DNA of 64,000 nt from Bacteroidota bacterium (GCA_041170435.1 JBEAYU010000045.1:7975-71974), one strand, 5' to 3'; positions 53,104 to 63,201 are shown, numbered from the stretch's first letter. A program made the numbers and translations. The notes: a model not told the origin generated them from the letters alone.

Positions 53104-54867
53104 ATGCTTCGTGCCAAAACCACGTTTGTCGCCTTGCTTGCGGCAATGATCTTCGGAGGTGTATCGATGATCGCACAACCGGCGGTCTCGATCGTTTCCA
53201 ACCCCGCAAGCGCCTACGTTTGCTTTGGTGACTCGTACAATCTTGTCTGCATTGCCAACACACCGGCGACAGCTCGCACCACGTATCAGTGGTTCCGCGA
53301 CGGCGTCATCCTGAATGGACGCACCGGCAACTTCATGACGTTGAATGTTTCTGACTACTCCAGCGGTGGTGTGTATTCATGTTCGGTCACGGCAGACGAT
53401 ACCACCGGAAACTCTGGTTCAACAACAGTGTCCTCGGAGGGTGCGACGGTTATCGTTGTCCGTCCAACACAGATCACAAGTCATCCGGCTTCCGCTTCGG
53501 CAGCCAAGGGCGGAACGGTGATGATGTCGGTCGGAGTAGAAGCTGTGGGCGGTCCTCAGGACTTTGTTCCAGGTTATCAGTGGATGAAGCGCACGTGGAA
53601 TGCCACAACGCTCACATATGACGATACCCCGATCAATGATAATGGCCGCATCTATGGCTCACAGTCGTCGATTCTGACGGTGACAGACGTCCGTGAGTCG
53701 GACACGACAGGTCTCTATGTCTGCGAAGTAACAGGCTTCTGCAAGGGGGCTATCAAGTCGCGTGTTGCTCGCGTCTTCATGCCGGCCGTTACCGTGTCGA
53801 ACATGACACCAAATCTTTGCCAAGGTGGTTCGCTTTCTCTTTCGTGCGACAACAATGTGACGTCGCTTCCAGAGGGATCAGCCAGCTGCCAGTGGTACAA
53901 GGGTAGCGCCAAGCTCACTAACGGCAACGGTGTTGCCGGCGCAAATGCCAATGTTCTTTCGATTGCGAACGTAACACCTGCAGCTGCCGGTGAGTATTCA
54001 TGCGTTGTCACGTACGGTTCGACGAACCTGCGTGTTTCTTCGAACCCTGTGACCGTCAACGTTGGTACGGCACCAACGATCGTTCGTAGCCCAGAGACAA
54101 CAACGGCATGCGAAGGTCAGGTAATGACAATGTCGGCTGTTGCTACCGGCGAAGGCCTGAAGTTCCAGTGGATGAAGGGATCAGAGGTTCTTGCTGGTGA
54201 GACCGGTGCCACACTTTCAAAGGTCGTTACGACGGACGACGCAGGATTCTACAGCGTCGTAGTCAGCAACATGTGCGGTGACAAGACGTCGCGCATTGCC
54301 GAGTTGAACGTTGAGCCACTTCCGGTCATCGAGTCGCAGCCAAATGACGTAGCGTTCACTGAAGGCGCCCCGATCAGCTTCACAGTGATGGCCAAGGGCC
54401 GCAACATCTATCAGTACCAGTGGTACCTCAATGGTGTTGCCATTGATGGTGCGACCAAGCAGACATATACAGTCGCCAGCGCAAAGCGCAGCGATGAAGG
54501 CCAGTACTATTGCGAGCTGACCAATCTGTGTGGAGCGGTAAAGTCACGTGTGGCGACAGCATCAGCCGTCATGGGCGTATCAGATGACGTCGTGTCGGGC
54601 GGATATGTCATGAGCATCGCACGTCCGAATCCAACGACAGATGTTGCTACGATCACGTACACTCTTCCTGTCAGCGAAATGGTCCGCGTTGTCATCTCCG
54701 ACCTCACCGGACGTGAGCTGGGCACGATCAGCAACGAGATGGTCGCAGCCGGCACGAACACCGTGTCGTTCAGCGCTGCTGAGCGCAACCTGACACCTGG
54801 TGTGTACAGCGTCACGCTGTCAGCCGGTACGTTCACGGCAACACAGCAAGTGGTCGTGGTCAAGTAA
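53104..54867 (+). CDS. Secreted protein with about five Ig-like (I-set) domains and a C-terminal T9SS sorting domain
   Basis: AGGAGG lies upstream of the ATG at 53104, followed by a signal peptide. Recurrent G-x-Y-x-C-x-V motifs (GVYSCSV, GLYVCEV, GEYSCVV, GQYYCEL). The C-terminal ~80 aa resemble a Por secretion tail (ARPNPTTDVATITYTL...GVYSVTL). Confidence 0.85.
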   Translation: MLRAKTTFVALLAAMIFGGVSMIAQPAVSIVSNPASAYVCFGDSYNLVCIANTPATARTTYQWFRDGVILNGRTGNFMTLNVSDYSSGGVYSCSVTADDTTGNSGSTTVSSEGATVIVVRPTQITSHPASASAAKGGTVMMSVGVEAVGGPQDFVPGYQWMKRTWNATTLTYDDTPINDNGRIYGSQSSILTVTDVRESDTTGLYVCEVTGFCKGAIKSRVARVFMPAVTVSNMTPNLCQGGSLSLSCDNNVTSLPEGSASCQWYKGSAKLTNGNGVAGANANVLSIANVTPAAAGEYSCVVTYGSTNLRVSSNPVTVNVGTAPTIVRSPETTTACEGQVMTMSAVATGEGLKFQWMKGSEVLAGETGATLSKVVTTDDAGFYSVVVSNMCGDKTSRIAELNVEPLPVIESQPNDVAFTEGAPISFTVMAKGRNIYQYQWYLNGVAIDGATKQTYTVASAKRSDEGQYYCELTNLCGAVKSRVATASAVMGVSDDVVSGGYVMSIARPNPTTDVATITYTLPVSEMVRVVISDLTGRELGTISNEMVAAGTNTVSFSAAERNLTPGVYSVTLSAGTFTATQQVVVVK

Positions 54868-54897
54868 AAACGTCGAATCAACACCTATCACACAAGA

Positions 54898-54936
54898 ACG
54901 GCGGCAGGGATTTTTCCCTGCCGCCGTTTCTTGTTT
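54898..54936. terminator. Bidirectional Rho-independent terminator
   Basis: 12-bp GC-rich stem acggcggcaggg / ccctgccgccgt, loop attttt, followed by ttcttgttt. Lies between convergent genes. Confidence 0.8.
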
Positions 54937-54954
54937 ACACGATGAGTTTGCGCC

Positions 54955-55554
54955 TTACCGCAGATCGATCACTTCCCATCCTTTGGGTATGCTGAATTGG
55001 AACAATGACGCGGAGGTCGATGCGTTGGACCTGAATTTCGTGATGGTATATGAGATACGTGACGGCCCGGAAGTGATGCTGACCTTCGTGACATTCAGCG
55101 ATGCATCGAGTGTAACGTCGACCGATGAAACGTTGGCTATCACGGCGTTGGGCGCTGGTGCTTCGAGCCTGAGAATGGTCGATGCAGCCGTGCTCTGAAC
55201 CACCTGTGAGCGGTACACAGACATGATCTCAAAGAAGACTCGCTCAAGCGACACGTCTGTGGAAAGGGGCTTGTACTGGTTGATCACAACGCTGTGGGTG
55301 ATCGCGTCTGCATTCCAGACCGTCGTACCGTTGCAAACGATCGTCCGGTCTCCAGCCACAATCCGGTATCGCCCTCCGCGGCGAGCGGTGATGGTGCCTT
55401 TGAGCCCATCGGAATTCGCAAAGTTCATCTTGATCGATGACAGGGAACGGTACTTGGCATGAAAGGCCTCAAGAGCGTCCCTGTTCGATCGTGCTGGAAT
55501 GGCCAGCGCACAAAGAATGAGGCCGGTCGATATGAGTCGTGGGCGAGAGATCAT
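54955..55554 (-). CDS. LolA-like outer-membrane lipoprotein carrier family protein
   Basis: Signal peptide. Pattern FHAKYRSLSSIKMNF...GTITARRGGRYRI...TIVCNGTTVWN is typical of LolA-fold proteins. Confidence 0.6.
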   Translation of the reverse strand: MISRPRLISTGLILCALAIPARSNRDALEAFHAKYRSLSSIKMNFANSDGLKGTITARRGGRYRIVAGDRTIVCNGTTVWNADAITHSVVINQYKPLSTDVSLERVFFEIMSVYRSQVVQSTAASTILRLEAPAPNAVIANVSSVDVTLDASLNVTKVSITSGPSRISYTITKFRSNASTSASLFQFSIPKGWEVIDLR

Positions 55555-55563
55555 GAGAGCCTG

Positions 55564-56364
55564 TTAGCGAGGTGAAGAAATGCGCGCACCGATCGGACCA
55601 CGTAGTCCCGAGTAACCGGTAAGTTCCGCGTCGATCGAACCAATGGGGATCTTCGTGCTCACCTTGATGGGAATTCGGCGATCATCGTCGCTGAGCCATA
55701 GCAAGAGTTTCCCTTCGAACTTGAAGAGACTTCCGGACTTTATCACCGGCTCGACGACAACACAGCGGAACGTGCCTGCCTCCACTTCGATGGTCTGTCG
55801 GCCAAGGATCTTTATGGCCAGATCATGCGTCTCGCGATCGAAGAAATTCTGCAGGTAGATGACCTCCCCGCGTTTGTATTTCGACAGATCAAGAGCACGA
55901 ATGTAATAGAATGCCGAGACGATGTCGTGCACAAACACCGGTATAGGGAATGTTCCCTCGGTTGTAGAGGCGAGTTTCGTCACATGATCGAACGTTGCCG
56001 AGAAATCCTTTTGGAAGCCCCCTTCACGAATACTCTGTTCGAATTTCCACGGAAAGATCCCATCTACGTCAACCAATGTGCGGTATCGATCACGGACACG
56101 GTAGAGAAAGTCGAGGGACTTGAGGGAAGCGACCTCGAAGCGAATGTCGTAGCAGGGCCGTCCGGCGACCATGACAGGCTGCTTGCCAATGACGAAGTAA
56201 GCGGTACCAGCTTTGATGAACTTGTAACCCACGCTGTACTCGAGACGCTCGCCAAGGCCGAATGCTTCGTTGGCGATGTGCCGTAGCGGTGGCCGGTCAT
56301 CATCGGCACGCAACAGGAGGACGGTTGTTGCGAAGAGCAAAGCGATGTGAAGGGGGCGAAACAT
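55564..56364 (-). CDS. DUF3108 domain protein
   Basis: Start at Met 56364 (MFRPLHIALLFATTVLLL signal). GERLEYSVGYKFIKAGTAYF pattern. The listed ORF extension to 56571 runs antisense through the tRNA. Confidence 0.7.
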   Translation of the reverse strand: MFRPLHIALLFATTVLLLRADDDRPPLRHIANEAFGLGERLEYSVGYKFIKAGTAYFVIGKQPVMVAGRPCYDIRFEVASLKSLDFLYRVRDRYRTLVDVDGIFPWKFEQSIREGGFQKDFSATFDHVTKLASTTEGTFPIPVFVHDIVSAFYYIRALDLSKYKRGEVIYLQNFFDRETHDLAIKILGRQTIEVEAGTFRCVVVEPVIKSGSLFKFEGKLLLWLSDDDRRIPIKVSTKIPIGSIDAELTGYSGLRGPIGARISSPR

Positions 56365-56465
56365 ACCCCTGCCGAGACGTCCGGCAGAAAACCATCGTGT
56401 GAGAGATTGCCTGAATCGACGCGTCCGAACGTCGATACGATGCCGTGAGAAGGGAGAGAAGGAAG

Positions 56466-56538
<73 letters not shown>

Positions 56539-56554
56539 GACGTGGGAAGTCTGA

Positions 56555-57310
56555 TCAGTTGAAAAGTCCAACGAAGATGCCGATCTGTGCGCTCAGGCCA
56601 CTGATGCCGATGGACGACGGGACATTGAGCGAGGATCCATGGAGGTTTGCCGTCCAGTCCGATGTCGACACAGGTACCGTATATGCTGTCTGGACACGAA
56701 GATTCAAGAATGGCGTCACGGCGTATTCGACCGAGAGTCGAGGCTGCAAGCACAGTGAGCTCTGCTCGAGAAACACCTGCGAGGTCATTGATGAATCGCT
56801 ATCCCAGTTAAACGGTCCACTCGTTGTAGATGACGTGATGGTCGAATAACCCCATGTGAGTCCTACACCGGGGATGATCGCGAGCTTTGCCGCCGGAACG
56901 ATGGCGTAATCGAAATGTAGCGATCGCGTTGAGATCGAATAATCAAGGCTTCTCTTCATGCCCCCTCCGGTGCTGATGAGGTCCTTCACCGATCCAACCG
57001 ATCCGGAGAGCCAGGAAAAGCCGAGTCGAAGATTTGGAACGACACCGATGGCAGCAAAGAACTCGGCTCCGGCAAGAATGAATGGAGACGATAACTCGTC
57101 GAGTTCCATCCTTGTGGCTTTTGCGTTCAGTGCCGTGACGTCTGGCGTGAAGAGCGAAAATGCGGGGCCGATGCCGATCGACGAATAGGCGACGGTCTCT
57201 TCCGGCAGTGGCTCTTCGTCGAAGTTCAGTTCATTGAGTCTGTCATCCTGCGCGGTGGCGCCGACAACGCTCAACAAGGCTATAAGAATGAGTGCAAATG
57301 GCCGAAACAT
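56555..57310 (-). CDS. Putative outer-membrane beta-barrel protein
   Basis: Start at Met 57310 (MFRPFALILIALLSVVGATAQ signal). Alternating hydrophobic beta-strand pattern. The C-terminus ends GLFN. Confidence 0.55.
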   Translation of the reverse strand: MFRPFALILIALLSVVGATAQDDRLNELNFDEEPLPEETVAYSSIGIGPAFSLFTPDVTALNAKATRMELDELSSPFILAGAEFFAAIGVVPNLRLGFSWLSGSVGSVKDLISTGGGMKRSLDYSISTRSLHFDYAIVPAAKLAIIPGVGLTWGYSTITSSTTSGPFNWDSDSSMTSQVFLEQSSLCLQPRLSVEYAVTPFLNLRVQTAYTVPVSTSDWTANLHGSSLNVPSSIGISGLSAQIGIFVGLFN

Positions 57311-57368
57311 GTCGTGAACTCCAGAATAGGTTGACTGCGAAGATACGGGGCTCCGTAGTTTCGCCGCC

Positions 57369-58460
57369 ATGAGGATCGTTGCAGTCATCATGGCAGGTGG
57401 ACTTGGCATACGACTTTGGCCACGCAGTACGGAGCGGAAGCCGAAGCAGTTCGTTCATGCTATCGGTGAAGGGACGCTGATCCAGAATACTGTTGCCCGA
57501 TTGCAGCCTCTTGTGGATGCTGTGGACGTGTACGTTGTGACCACGGCTGACCTGCGGCATCACATTCACGATCAACTTCCAATGGTCGGTGCCGACAGGA
57601 TCATCAGCGAACCGTTCGGACGCAACACGGGCCCGGCAATCGCACTCTCTGCAATGACGGTCCAGGAACGTCTCGGTGACGATGTCGTGATGGTCATTCT
57701 CCCGAGTGACCATGTCATTAACAACATTCGTGAGTTCCAGGTCGTTGTCGACATGGCATGCACAGCTGCCGTTGCACTCGATTGCATCATGACCATTGGA
57801 GTGATGCCTACTCGTCCCGAAACAGGTTATGGATACATCCAGGTTGGCGAGCCTATCGAGAGTGAGAACCCGGTGCTCCGTGATCACGTCAAGCGCGTCT
57901 CGAGTTTCGCCGAGAAGCCCGACATGGCAACGGCCCAGCGGTTCATCGATGCAGGCGGCTTCGTGTGGAACTCCGGCATCGTCGTTGGCACCGCTCGAGC
58001 CATCACTCGCGCCGTCGACGAGTACATGCCGGATCACGCGCCGCTCTTTCATCAGTGGCAACGCCGCGGCCAAGGGGCTGATCATGACATCCTTCTCGAG
58101 TCCCTGTATCGGCAGATGCGCTCCGTCTCCTTCGACGTGGCAGTGCTTGAACGCGACCCAACGATTGGTGTTGTTGAGGGGGCGTTCGGTTGGAGTGACC
58201 TTGGTACGTGGGACGAGCTGTACCGCATGTCGCTGAAGGATGGGAAGAACAACGTCATTGAGGGCAATGTCACCTCTGTGCGGACGACAAATTGTCTGAT
58301 CTCTGCAGGATCGGGTCGACTCGTTGGCGCCGTGGACGTCGACAATCTCATCATCGTCGAAACTGATCAGTCCGTCTTGGTCTGTAGGCGCGGACAGGCA
58401 GAAAACGTGCGAGACCTCGTTGAGCATCTTCGACGTCGGCAAATGTCCAAGCATTTCTAG
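57369..58460 (+). CDS. Mannose-1-phosphate guanylyltransferase (nucleotidyltransferase domain type)
   Basis: VIMAGGLGIRLWPRSTERKPKQF, EPFGRNTGPAI, FAEKPD and WNSGI motifs. The 468-aa antisense ORF is a shadow. Confidence 0.88.
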   Translation: MRIVAVIMAGGLGIRLWPRSTERKPKQFVHAIGEGTLIQNTVARLQPLVDAVDVYVVTTADLRHHIHDQLPMVGADRIISEPFGRNTGPAIALSAMTVQERLGDDVVMVILPSDHVINNIREFQVVVDMACTAAVALDCIMTIGVMPTRPETGYGYIQVGEPIESENPVLRDHVKRVSSFAEKPDMATAQRFIDAGGFVWNSGIVVGTARAITRAVDEYMPDHAPLFHQWQRRGQGADHDILLESLYRQMRSVSFDVAVLERDPTIGVVEGAFGWSDLGTWDELYRMSLKDGKNNVIEGNVTSVRTTNCLISAGSGRLVGAVDVDNLIIVETDQSVLVCRRGQAENVRDLVEHLRRRQMSKHF

Positions 58461-58490
58461 CCCCCTGTCGTGTCGAGGTCGATCCACCAT

Positions 58491-59288
58491 ATGGTGCTGG
58501 TTGTTGTGGTTGTGTTGGCAACCGTGTCGGTGGTCGCTCAGCAGCAGCCCCTTGCCGACTCGTCGGCTCGGGTACTCCGTGACGTCCGGCGCCAGATCGA
58601 ACGTGATCGCCGCTCGTCCGATAGTCTTCGCTCGCTTTGGGAACGTCAATGGCGATTGAGCGACAGTTTGCGTGTCGAGTCAATGCTGTTTCGAATGCGA
58701 AGCGACTCTCTGCGCCGCGCCGTGACGCAATCCGAGCGGCGCGAACTGGAGATGCTTCAGGCATTGTCTGCGCCAGATACCGCACCGGCGCGTGACACTG
58801 TGGGGAGCGTCCCGGAACAATCGACTCCGTTCAATGCTGACTCAGTGCTTGACCAAGTGGAGCGCGTTGGCGCGGCGATCCGCCGCAATCGTTCGGGAAA
58901 GGTGAGCGCCGGCCGCACGTTAAGTGATACGATCACGCAGTTGGTGATGATCTCTGAGCCGGATACCGGGACGGCATCGTACTACGCAGAGGCCTTTCAT
59001 GGCCGCCGAACCTCAAGCGGTGAGATTTTCGACATGCACGATCGCACCTGCGCTCATAGGTGGTTGCCGTTCAACACTCATCTGCTGGTGACGAACCTAG
59101 CAAATGGACGCAAGGTTGTGGTGCGAGTCACCGATCGTGGTCCGTGGAAGAAAACTCGGATCATCGATTTATCGAAGAAAGCTGCCGTCGACCTCGACAT
59201 GATACGTGCCGGCACGGCACGAGTCAGCATTCAGGTGGTAAAGCAGCAGAGTGCTCCCACCGAGGCCGACGCAGACGGGGACCGGTGA
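58491..59288 (+). CDS. rlpA: Septal ring lytic transglycosylase RlpA family protein (DPBB domain)
   Basis: GTASYYAEAFHGRRTSSGEIFDMHDRTCAHRWLPFNTHLLVTNLANGRKVVVRVTDRGP. Signal peptide begins at the ATG at 58491 (alternative GTG at 58470). Confidence 0.85.
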   Translation: MVLVVVVVLATVSVVAQQQPLADSSARVLRDVRRQIERDRRSSDSLRSLWERQWRLSDSLRVESMLFRMRSDSLRRAVTQSERRELEMLQALSAPDTAPARDTVGSVPEQSTPFNADSVLDQVERVGAAIRRNRSGKVSAGRTLSDTITQLVMISEPDTGTASYYAEAFHGRRTSSGEIFDMHDRTCAHRWLPFNTHLLVTNLANGRKVVVRVTDRGPWKKTRIIDLSKKAAVDLDMIRAGTARVSIQVVKQQSAPTEADADGDR

Positions 59289-59332
59289 GGTTGCTGTTCA
59301 TTTAGGGTCATCATGGATGACCAAACGATGAA

Positions 59333-60424
59333 TCAGCAGAAGGGGATCTTGACTACTTCCGCGGGGAATGTTGTTCCCCGAGCCGCGATCTCGATCGTGG
59401 TACCCGGCGCAGACAATGCAGTGGGAACATATCCAAGTCCGATTCCCACGCCAAGCGACGGCGACTGATTTCCACTGGTCACGGTACCTACCGTCTGACC
59501 ATTGTCGGTGATTGCGTAGCCGTTGCGAGGGATGAGCTTTTCCGTGAGCATCTTGAATCCCACAAGCTTGCGCTGCGGTCCCTGTTCCTTCACGGCTGCG
59601 ATGACATCACTGCCATTGAAGGGGCCCTTGGCCAGCTTGGTGATCCAGCCAAGACCTGCCTCAATGGGGTTGGTCTCATCGGTAATGTCATTTCCGTAGA
59701 GGCAGTATCCCTTTTCGAGGCGCAACGTATCGCGGGCTCCCAGTCCGATCCACGCGATGCCACATTCACGACCGGCCTCAAACAGGGCCCCCACCACAGT
59801 CGCGGCCACGGACTCATCACCGGTAAAGTAGAGTTCGAAACCGATCTCTCCCGTGTAACCAGTGCGCGAGAGGATCATCGGGACTCCGGCCAGTGTACCC
59901 TCGGCAAAGCCGTAATAGGGAATCACGGATAGGTCGGTCGTGGTGAGCTTCTGAAGCGTTTCGATGCTCTTTGGGCCTTGCACAGCAAGCAGGCTGTAGT
60001 CATCACTGCGATCGACCAATGTCACGTTCGTGACGTCTGCCGCCTGCTGACTGATCCAGGCCCAGTCTTTTTCGATGTTCGCTCCGTTGACGACCAGCAT
60101 GTATGAGTTCTCCGCCAGCATGTATACGAGCAGATCGTCAACCAGCCCACCATTCGGCCGGGGCAGGGCCGAATACTGAGCCTTACCCGGTGTAAGCTTC
60201 GAAGCGTCATTGACGGTGATCTTCTGGATCAGTGCCAGTGAATCAGGCCCTGACACGAAGAACTCGCCCATGTGCGACACATCGAAGATGCCCACGGCAT
60301 TGCGCACGAGCTTGTGCTCGGCAATGATCCCCGTCGGGTACTGAATGGGCATTTCGAATCCTGCAAACGATACCATTTTGGCACCGGCGGCAAGGTGGAG
60401 CGCATGGAACTTCGTGGTCTTCAT
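59333..60424 (-). CDS. gcvT: Glycine cleavage system aminomethyltransferase
   Basis: FAGFEMPIQY, FDVSHMGEF, GYTGEIGFEL and ARDTLRLE motifs. 363 aa. Confidence 0.95.
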   Translation of the reverse strand: MKTTKFHALHLAAGAKMVSFAGFEMPIQYPTGIIAEHKLVRNAVGIFDVSHMGEFFVSGPDSLALIQKITVNDASKLTPGKAQYSALPRPNGGLVDDLLVYMLAENSYMLVVNGANIEKDWAWISQQAADVTNVTLVDRSDDYSLLAVQGPKSIETLQKLTTTDLSVIPYYGFAEGTLAGVPMILSRTGYTGEIGFELYFTGDESVAATVVGALFEAGRECGIAWIGLGARDTLRLEKGYCLYGNDITDETNPIEAGLGWITKLAKGPFNGSDVIAAVKEQGPQRKLVGFKMLTEKLIPRNGYAITDNGQTVGTVTSGNQSPSLGVGIGLGYVPTALSAPGTTIEIAARGTTFPAEVVKIPFC

Positions 60425-60484
60425 GTCGTACCTTCGTAAAGAGAGTTGCGAATATAACCAGTCACAGCACCAGGGAGTTTCAGC

Positions 60485-61804
60485 ATGACCTCGCGTCGAT
60501 CGATGTTACGCTCGTTAGCGGCACTAGGGCCGACCGCACTGTTCGCCTCCGAGTCGCTTGCTGCGGTAACGCAGTGGCTGCCGACGGCATCACCTCATGT
60601 CCCCGCATCCGTGGTCGCTGAGGACGAGGATTTCTGGTCTACCGTGCAACAGGCATTCGATGTTGACAGGTCGATCATCAACCTCAATAACGGCGGAGTG
60701 TCCCCGTCGCCCCGTACCGTTCAGGCTGCCTTTCGGCGGTATACGGACCAGGCAAACAACATGCCCGCCTATGAGATGTGGCGCCACCAAGAGCCGCAGG
60801 TCGAGTCCATTCGCGAAGGCTTGGCAGACATTTTCGCCGTCAGCCCCGAAGAGATCGCCATAACACGCAATGCCAGCGAGGCCCTCGAAACACTCCAACT
60901 CGGAATGCCTCTTGAACGGGGCGATGAAGTATTGACCACGACGCATGATTATCCGAGGATGCTCACGACGTGGGAGCAGCGAGCCCGCCGCGATGGGATT
61001 GTGATCAAGAAGGTGGGTTTCCCGACGCCGCTGAAGCGACGCCAAGATTTTGTCGATGCGATCGAAGCCGGTATCACGGACCGCACAAAGGTCATCCACA
61101 TCTCCCACGTCGTCTTTCTCACCGGTCAGATCTTGCCTGTTCGTGACGTATGCCGCCTGGCAGCTCGCCGGAACATCCGTTGTATCGTCGATGGAGCGCA
61201 TTCGTTTGCCCACTTTCCGTTCACCCAGAAGGATCTCGAGTGCGAGTACTTCGGGACGTCCTTGCACAAGTGGTTCCTTGGTCCGATCGGCACAGGGATG
61301 CTGTACGTCAAGAAGGAGCGCATCGCCGATGTGTGGCCTCTGATGGCGGCACCCAAAGACATGGATGCCAACATCAGGAAGTTTGAGGAGATTGGAACGC
61401 ATCCGGCGGCCATGCATAACGCACTGATAGAATCGATCGCATTCCATCGTGCCATGGGGGTGGAACGCAAGGCCGCCCGTCTGCGCCATCTTCATACCGT
61501 ATGGACCGATCAGCTGGGGAAGTTCGACAACGTCCGCTTTCTCACCGATATCGCGGACGACGAGAATCAATGCGGACTTCGCTTGGTGCACATCGAAGGG
61601 ACGGATCCCGGCAAGGTGTCTTCCTACCTTCTCGAAAAGCATAGGATCTTTACCGTATCGATCGGTCACGAAGATTTCAAGGGGCTTCGGGTTGCCCCTT
61701 CAGTGTACACAACGGTCGACGAGATGATGCGGTTTTCCAAGGCCATGAGCATGATCGCCCGTGGCGAGGCCGGATCTGCCGTGTCAGTTGATGTGAAGGG
61801 CTGA
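60485..61804 (+). CDS. Class V aminotransferase-fold PLP enzyme with Tat-type signal
   Basis: Twin-arginine N-terminus TSRRSMLRSLAALG. Class V fold with the SLHKW Lys motif. Confidence 0.8.
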   Translation: MTSRRSMLRSLAALGPTALFASESLAAVTQWLPTASPHVPASVVAEDEDFWSTVQQAFDVDRSIINLNNGGVSPSPRTVQAAFRRYTDQANNMPAYEMWRHQEPQVESIREGLADIFAVSPEEIAITRNASEALETLQLGMPLERGDEVLTTTHDYPRMLTTWEQRARRDGIVIKKVGFPTPLKRRQDFVDAIEAGITDRTKVIHISHVVFLTGQILPVRDVCRLAARRNIRCIVDGAHSFAHFPFTQKDLECEYFGTSLHKWFLGPIGTGMLYVKKERIADVWPLMAAPKDMDANIRKFEEIGTHPAAMHNALIESIAFHRAMGVERKAARLRHLHTVWTDQLGKFDNVRFLTDIADDENQCGLRLVHIEGTDPGKVSSYLLEKHRIFTVSIGHEDFKGLRVAPSVYTTVDEMMRFSKAMSMIARGEAGSAVSVDVKG

Positions 61805-62260
61805 CAATCCGCGGGTCGTATCGCCAATGTCCGCAAACGGTGGCGGGCTGTTGGGGCGGAAAACTTCGTCAAGCTCATCCTCAAGCGTGCGCGTCTCGTG
61901 AAACCGGTCCTGGTCGCGCACGAAGCTCGCCATGATCTCCAGGTGCCATGGTGGTAGCAGTGTTACGTGCACGGCCTCGTCCCACTCGAACGAGCGAAGG
62001 TGAGCCCCCTGACTGCGAAGGGTGCGCCGAAGATCCTCCAGTACCTCCCCGATGAAGTCTGGAATGCTCGCCTCCTCATTCACGGAAAGCAGAATGTGCA
62101 CATGGTCCTCGCGGGTGTGCACTGCAGCCGAGCGCAGTTTGTGCCGTTGTGCCGTCCGGTCGACCGTCTGCTCTAAGAGGTGGTGAATGCCGCGGGGAAT
62201 CATGAGTCCCTCTCCGGGAATGATGATCAGGTGAAGCCCCAGCCCTTTATATGCTTGCAT
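61784..62260 (-). CDS. IS200/IS605 Y1-transposase-like (RAYT-like) protein with Phe at the expected catalytic Tyr position
   Basis: HUH motif in EDHVHILLSV. The C-terminal helix reads SFVRDQDRFHE where the family has YIxNQxxHH. Start at Met 62260 is assumed. 21-nt convergent overlap with the aminotransferase. Confidence 0.5.
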   Translation of the reverse strand: MQAYKGLGLHLIIIPGEGLMIPRGIHHLLEQTVDRTAQRHKLRSAAVHTREDHVHILLSVNEEASIPDFIGEVLEDLRRTLRSQGAHLRSFEWDEAVHVTLLPPWHLEIMASFVRDQDRFHETRTLEDELDEVFRPNSPPPFADIGDTTRGLSALHIN

Positions 62261-62455
62261 TGTGGTGCCCAAGTTGAACGTGAGAGAAAGTTGGTTTGCA
62301 TCCACTTCGTGTTTCTTCGGTGGCAGAACGTGACATGAGCCGTCAAGCCGGGCCAACATCCGTGACATCTGGGCGTCGTAAATTGCCGCTCCGAGGACGC
62401 CCAGTCGGTGCGCACGGGTAGTTCCACTTCACAACAGCGATAGAGGCCCCTTACT

Positions 62456-62782
62456 ATGCTCGGTATGTTGCGTTCACTTCTTGGCGGCTCGAACGACGAG
62501 CTGCTGCAGGCCCTGCGGCAGGGAGCACTTATCATCGACGTCCGAACACGTGCTGAATACCAGGGTGGGCACGTGGCAGGATCGAAGAACATTCCTCTCA
62601 ACGAGGTCCCTGCGGCGCTTGAGAAGCATCCCAAGGCAACGCCCATCGTCTTTTGCTGCGCCTCTGGTGGCCGCAGCGGTCAAGCAACGTCATTCGCCGC
62701 TTCGAAGGGGTATACCGCAATCAATGGTGGTCCGTGGACGACCGTGAATAAGGCAGTTTCCGATATTCAACAAGGACAATGA
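62456..62782 (+). CDS. Rhodanese-like domain protein (cytoplasmic)
   Basis: IIDVRTRAEYQGGHVAGSKNIP and active-site loop CASGGRS. Confidence 0.85.
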   Translation: MLGMLRSLLGGSNDELLQALRQGALIIDVRTRAEYQGGHVAGSKNIPLNEVPAALEKHPKATPIVFCCASGGRSGQATSFAASKGYTAINGGPWTTVNKAVSDIQQGQ

Positions 62783-63192
62783 ACATGACCAGGATCGCCA
62801 TCGCTCTCGTGTTTCTCTCAACGACGTTTTCATGTACGATGAATGCCCAGCAGGTTAAGGACGTCGACGTCAAAGCTGCCAAGGCCATGATCGACAAGGG
62901 TGGCGTGACCATTCTTGATGTTCGCACTCCCGCTGAATACCAGGCCGGCCATATCGCTGAATCGGTCTTGGCCAACTACAACGATCCGGCATTCGAGACC
63001 ATGATCGCCAAGATCGATAAGAACAAGCCTGTTCTGGTGTATTGCGCAGCCGGTGGCCGCAGTTCCAGAGCAGCCAAGCTGATGTCCGAGAAGGGCTGGA
63101 AGAACGTCAGCAACATGCTTGGCGGTATGGGAGCATGGGGTAAGGCCGGCTATGTGGTGGAAATTTACGAAGAGGGTAAGGGTAAGAAGTAA
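62779..63192 (+). CDS. Rhodanese-like domain protein with signal peptide
   Basis: Signal peptide. ILDVRTPAEYQAGHI and active-site loop CAAGGRS. ATGA overlap with the preceding paralogue. Confidence 0.85.
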   Translation: MNMTRIAIALVFLSTTFSCTMNAQQVKDVDVKAAKAMIDKGGVTILDVRTPAEYQAGHIAESVLANYNDPAFETMIAKIDKNKPVLVYCAAGGRSSRAAKLMSEKGWKNVSNMLGGMGAWGKAGYVVEIYEEGKGKK

Positions 63193-63201
63193 CCAGCATC
63201 A

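Noticed and set aside
57243-58649. 468-aa ORF on the minus strand
   Set aside because: It is antisense to the clearly homologous mannose-1-phosphate guanylyltransferase and rlpA genes and has no recognisable motifs. The same reasoning applies to 962-2374, 26289-27143 and 60590-61669.
60425-60484. Glycine riboswitch upstream of gcvT
   Set aside because: Only about 60 nt separate gcvT from the divergent aminotransferase gene, too short for a glycine riboswitch aptamer. No conserved aptamer core is visible.
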